Shown one piece after another: positions 63,735-64,000 of a stretch of DNA of 64,000 nucleotides. The position numbers were made by a program, and so were the translations under genes. The notes under the pieces are model-generated. The model was not told the DNA's origin. It saw nothing but the letters and a program-made list of their open reading frames with translations, and searched no databases. Every line of letters begins with the position of its first letter. Position 1 is the stretch's first letter. The stretch covers positions 8,866-72,865 of the forward strand of contig CAZBDU010000014.1 of the NCBI GenBank assembly GCA_964490725.1, written 5' to 3'. The DNA comes from an uncultured Spirochaetaceae bacterium. GTDB lineage: Bacteria > Spirochaetota > Spirochaetia > SZUA-6 > DRHE01.

Positions 63735-64000
63735 GCGCCGGATTGGCGGCGGATGCCGGCGGCGGGGGACCTCCGCCCCTGCTCTGCATGTCTGGGGGGA
63801 CCGTAAGGTTCGGCAACATCGTTGCCCTGGACCGTGTGGATTTCCGGGTCATGCCCGGGGAGATCGTCGGGCTGCTGGGCTCCAATGGCGCCGGAAAGTC
63901 CACGCTGGTGAAGGCGCTGATCGGATTTCACAGGCTCGACGGCGGGGAGATCCGCTTGCAGGGCGAGGCGATGCAGCTGTGGTCCCCACAGGAGGCCAGG
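63731..64000 (+). CDS. ABC transporter ATP-binding protein, 5' partial (continues beyond the window)
   Basis: GTGA overlap with the upstream stop. Walker A LLGSNGAGKSTLVKAL. Confidence 0.7.
   Translation, partial: MSAGLAADAGGGGPPPLLCMSGGTVRFGNIVALDRVDFRVMPGEIVGLLGSNGAGKSTLVKALIGFHRLDGGEIRLQGEAMQLWSPQEAR

Overview
High-G+C bacterial chromosomal segment with strong GGAGG-type Shine-Dalgarno sites and many 4-nt start/stop overlaps. I cannot assign a taxon from the sequence. I saw no rRNA, tRNA, CRISPR array, transposase or integrase. All homology calls come from reading the translated ORFs by eye; no searches were run.

Gene content in order:
- vapBC toxin-antitoxin pair.
- A MerR / P1B-ATPase / TlpA / CcdA metal-redox operon.
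- A secreted protein joined to a cupredoxin domain, apparently broken by a frameshift.
- A roughly 9.6 kb island (about 7150-16795) of visibly lower G+C. It carries a three-subunit molybdenum hydroxylase, a GntR regulator, a DRE-TIM aldolase/synthase, an Nramp-like transporter and an OYE-type enoate/dienoyl reductase. A decayed second cupredoxin fragment lies on its right edge.
- A dense metal-homeostasis region: a Met-rich SHOCT protein, a YHS-flavoprotein, RseC, an HD-GYP protein, a free YHS protein and FtsH.
- A protein-thiocarboxylate Cys/Met pathway: ThiS-like carrier, JAMM protease, MoeB/ThiF, CysK/M, MetY, Rrf2, TusA, DsrE-like, and a sulfite reductase fused to TusA.
- A deletion scar made of two gene stubs.
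- An unknown two-gene operon whose members share a Cys/Met-containing domain; one also has a vWA domain.
- A large CopA with an N-terminal cupredoxin-like domain, an HMA domain and a C-terminal YHS domain.
- A CCAHH-motif membrane protein followed by rnfCDGEAB, a His-rich anchored protein, a di-heme cytochrome b and a second RseC.
- An MBL-fold protein, PtsP, a second TusA/ThiF pair, and a MacB-like ABC exporter whose ATPase carries a YHS tail.
- Two PAS histidine kinases, MTHFR paralogs mixed with receiver domains, a pseudouridine synthase and a partial ABC ATPase.

The main signal is one 19-22 bp G/C-rich pseudo-palindrome, consensus TACCCCAGGGGGGTGGGGTA. It occurs eight times between 18.4 and 54.3 kb. 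In seven of the eight cases it sits 4-20 bp downstream of a recognisable TTGACx-N17/18-TAxxxT promoter. This ties CopA, the YHS proteins, the unknown vWA operon, the Rnf cluster, ThiF/TusA and the ABC exporter into one putative regulon. The motif resembles CsoR/RicR/CstR-type operators, but no such repressor gene is present in this window.
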